64,000 bases of DNA from Haliotis cracherodii (taxonomy: Eukaryota), in assembly GCF_022045235.1 (NCBI RefSeq), contig NW_027266269.1, positions 5,332,001 through 5,396,000 of the forward strand. Reading direction: 5' to 3'. A model generated the notes under the pieces. It ran no database searches. It saw only the letters and a program-made list of their open reading frames with translations, and had not been told where the DNA came from. Every line of letters starts with the position of its first letter. Positions within the stretch are counted from its first letter, which is position 1. Shown here in pieces: positions 60,796 to 64,000 of the stretch. A program made the position numbers and the translations under genes.

Positions 60796-61090
60796 CTGCA
60801 ACGAATACGAAATTATCAGATGACGCATGTTTAACGCCGCACTCAGCAATATTCCAGTCTGTAAATAATCGAGTCTGGACCAGACAATCCAGTGATTTAC
60901 ATCATGAGCATCGATCCACGCAATTAGGATCGATGACATGCATCAACCAAGTCAGCGAGATTGACCACCCGGTCCCGTTAGTTGCCTCTTACGACAAGCA
61001 TAGTCGCCTTTTTGATTGCTGAAAACCTATTCTATCCTGGATCTTCACGGGTCTCACGCGGACCTATACACTGGAGTCTCGGGTACTCAC

Positions 61091-61119
61091 CTTCTCTTCA
61101 GGGATACATGAGTAGCCAT
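61091..61119 (-). CDS. BTB B3 exon 1 (MATHVSLKR-R)
   Basis: 29 nt, AG|GTGAGT. Confidence 0.8.
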
Positions 61120-62269
61120 TTTCAGCTTGCAGTAGAATTGGCTACCACACGGACAAGAAACGAGATCTTGATCGGAAAGCACACCCGCTTGTGTTTTTAG
61201 TTTCGATTTCAACAATAGACAAACAGTAATGGGCGGTAACTCGCATGCCAGGTTCTCGCGTTTCAATTCAACAACTCGTTTATTTATAGGATGCACTATT
61301 GATTACAAATGAACGCAGAATGTGAATAATGTGAATGTGGCCATTTCGCGCTTAAGTAAAATGTTTGTTGTTTTGTTGCCATAGGAGGTATTCCTCGCCT
61401 GTCCGCGCCCACACTAACCGCGAAATCGTAGCGATGTATATACCGCCACTGTCTATTACGTATTATTGTAAAAGCGAGTATATTTGTGTGTTGTTTAACG
61501 CCGTACTAAAATCAACGTCACCGACATGACGACTGCTCGTACATAATTGAGACTTGACCAGGTAAACCAGCAATTGACATTGCATGAAACCATTCACGCC
61601 TTCAGGGTACGATGGCACGCATAAAAGCTTTTGGTTGTTTAACGCCGCACTCAGCAATATTCCAGCTATATGACGGCGGTCTGTAAATAATCGAGTCTGG
61701 AACAGACAATCTAGTGATTGATATCAAGAGTATCGATCTAAGCAATTGGGATCGATGACATGCATCAACCAAGTCAGCGAGCCTGACCACCCGATCCCGT
61801 TCGTCGCCTTTTACGACAAGCATAGTCACCTTTTACGGCAAGCATGGGTTGCTGAAGACCTATTCTACCCTGAGAATCTTCACCGGTCATGTTGACAAGT
61901 GTGACCCCCACGGGGCTTAAATATTAAAATGGTCATACTAAATTGTTGGTTTATGTTTAAAAGTAATCTATACATCTCTTGACATGGTAGATATGAATTT
62001 CCTTTATAATGTTATTGTGATGAAAACACATAACATGTAACGTGTGTACTATCTGTATTGACTGTCCGTCCAGGGAAGGAATAGACAGCATTGCCACTGT
62101 AAACCGTTTGTTTTGTTTGTTTGTTTGTTTGCTGTTTAACGCCGCACTCTACAATATTCAGCGAGCCTGACCACCCGATCCCGTTAGTCGCCTCTAACGT
62201 CAAGCATAGTCACCTTTTACGATATGCATTGGTTGCTGAAGAGCTATTCGACCCCGGGTCTTCACGGGT

Positions 62270-62420
62270 CTGTCGAGATGTTGTGACCCTAGGACGACCG
62301 CTCCGAGGAAGGTCATCTGTGGTCTGTGTAGCATTGTATCGATGCATGAGACGGTAAATTGTGGTTATGTTAACGTTGTAATGACGGGCAACATCTTGGA
62401 CAGACTCTCCTGCTTCCAAA
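62270..62420 (-). pseudogene. Fragment of a second Tc1-family transposase (HTH to GRPR)
   Basis: EAGESVQDVARHYNVNITTIYRL...DDLPRSGRPRVTTSRQ; no TIRs. Confidence 0.8.
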
Positions 62421-63858
62421 CTGCTGGAGAGTGGAGACCTATTCTATCCCGGATCTTCACGGTACCACAGTTAACTGAATGTGTGCGAAACATGCATTGT
62501 AGAAATTCTATAAAACCGAAAACCACCCTCGTCTTGTCCGTTTTCTTTATTAAATTGTTAATAAAAGATAAGTTGAGTTGAATTGCTTACCAAATATACA
62601 TTTCTTTCAAAAGGATATGTCAAAATAAAGAGGTGCAATATTGTTTCAACAGGAAAACAGGCAACAGGGTTGCTGAAAATCCTACATTAATAAGAGTGAG
62701 TGAGTATGGTTTTACGCTGCTTTTAGCAGTATTCCAGCAATATCACGGCGGGGGACACCAGAAATGGGCTTCACACATTGTACCCATGTCGGTATTCGAA
62801 CCCGGATGTGCGGCGTGACGAGCGAACGCTTTAACCTCTAGGCTACCCGACCGCCCCAAAACAGATACTAACATCTCATTTAGTAACATATGGTTTTTTT
62901 TATTGAACACTGCTGAAAGCAATAATGTTTTGGTTATGCGTATATACTCTGATTACAGCCCAATCGGGGGAGACCCGTGAAGATTCCGGGGTAGAATAGG
63001 TCTTCAACAACCCATGCTTGTCGTAAAAGGCGACTAACAGGATCCGGTTGTCAGGCTCGCTGACTTGGTTGATGCATGTCATCAATCCCAATCATCTCGT
63101 ATTTCCTACAGTGCAAAGTGGGGCGGTCGGGTAGCCTAGTGGTTAAAGCATTGGCTCATCACGCCGAAGATCTGGGTTCGATTCCCGACATGGGTACAAT
63201 GTGTGAAGCCCATTTCTGGTGTCCCCGGCCGTGATATTGCTGGAATATTGCTAAAAGCGGCGTAAAATCAAACTCACTCACTACAGTGCAAAGTAAGGAG
63301 AAGGTATATGGATGAACAACTTCTTTATTGCAATCAGGAACGACGTTTCGGTGTAGGTTCTAACACTGTCATCAAACTAGTACATAGTATGGCTGACAAG
63401 TATTTATACAGGAAGGAGGCGGTGTTAATACAGTAGTGTAGATTTAAGATGTAGATGTAGATGTAACCATGGTTACACTGGAGCGGATTATATTTGTCTT
63501 CTTCTTTAGATTTGAGTATTGATCATGACTACATTTATTTTTTTATATTATGTTATGCCCTGTAAACATGAATTATGATCTGTATGATCTGTGACTAAAC
63601 ACACTTATGATAATGTAAATATGATTAAGGTACTACTTACATTGTGTATTTAAGAAATCGTCATGTAAAAATCAAAATCCATTATATGAAATACTTGTAT
63701 TATGAAATTATCATTTGCTTTGTAATGCAAAGAAACGTCATTTCATTGGATTGTCGCTGGTCGTAAGGGAAGTAACTCTAGCCCCGGATAATATGTTATA
63801 TTGTTTACGTGGTTACCAGGATGGTAAGTTGCGAATGTCTGCGGTACCGGGAAGTTAA

Positions 63859-64000
63859 AGGGGCACTGATCTAACGCAATTCCCCGGGACTGGTTGTTGC
63901 CTTTGTTATTGTTTTTTCCCAGTGAGTACCCGGATGTATAGCAGAAATCTAGACTAGTTCGCGACCTCTGCTGCGCCATTCGTAAGCGCATTAGTCACTT
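63859..64000. mobile_element. Second copy of the Kolobok-like element (left end, cut by window edge)
   Basis: TTAA|AGGGGCACTGATC... in the same flank as 55772. Confidence 0.88.

Overview
Repeat-rich animal genomic DNA with spliceosomal introns. The SINE and MITE content suggests a mollusc, possibly a gastropod such as abalone (inference only). Bases 1-8.4 kb hold the first five coding exons of a WDR49 (EF-hand + WD40, ciliary) gene on the minus strand; its introns contain MITEs, SINEs and two unusual minisatellites. From about 11.7 kb to the window end is a tandem, segmentally duplicated cluster of small two-exon BTB/POZ-domain genes, all on the minus strand. There are five type A exon-2 copies (one frameshifted), three type B copies, and at least three exon-2-deleted relics. 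Tiny phase-2 first exons (29 or 35 nt) occur in three types and some appear swapped between paralogs. Each promoter type has an ISRE/IRF-like motif about 70-100 bp upstream of the ATG (type A also has a STAT-like site), and the proteins vary most in short loops after the BTB fold, which suggests an inducible, immune-type Cullin-3 adaptor family (inference). Mobile elements include two copies of one Tc1 (DD34E) insertion, a TTAA-flanked Kolobok-like element, a Harbinger transposase fragment, LINE fragments, at least four SINE families sharing one 3' tail, and a Penelope-like hammerhead/poly(A) cassette whose retention correlates with loss of the downstream coding exon.
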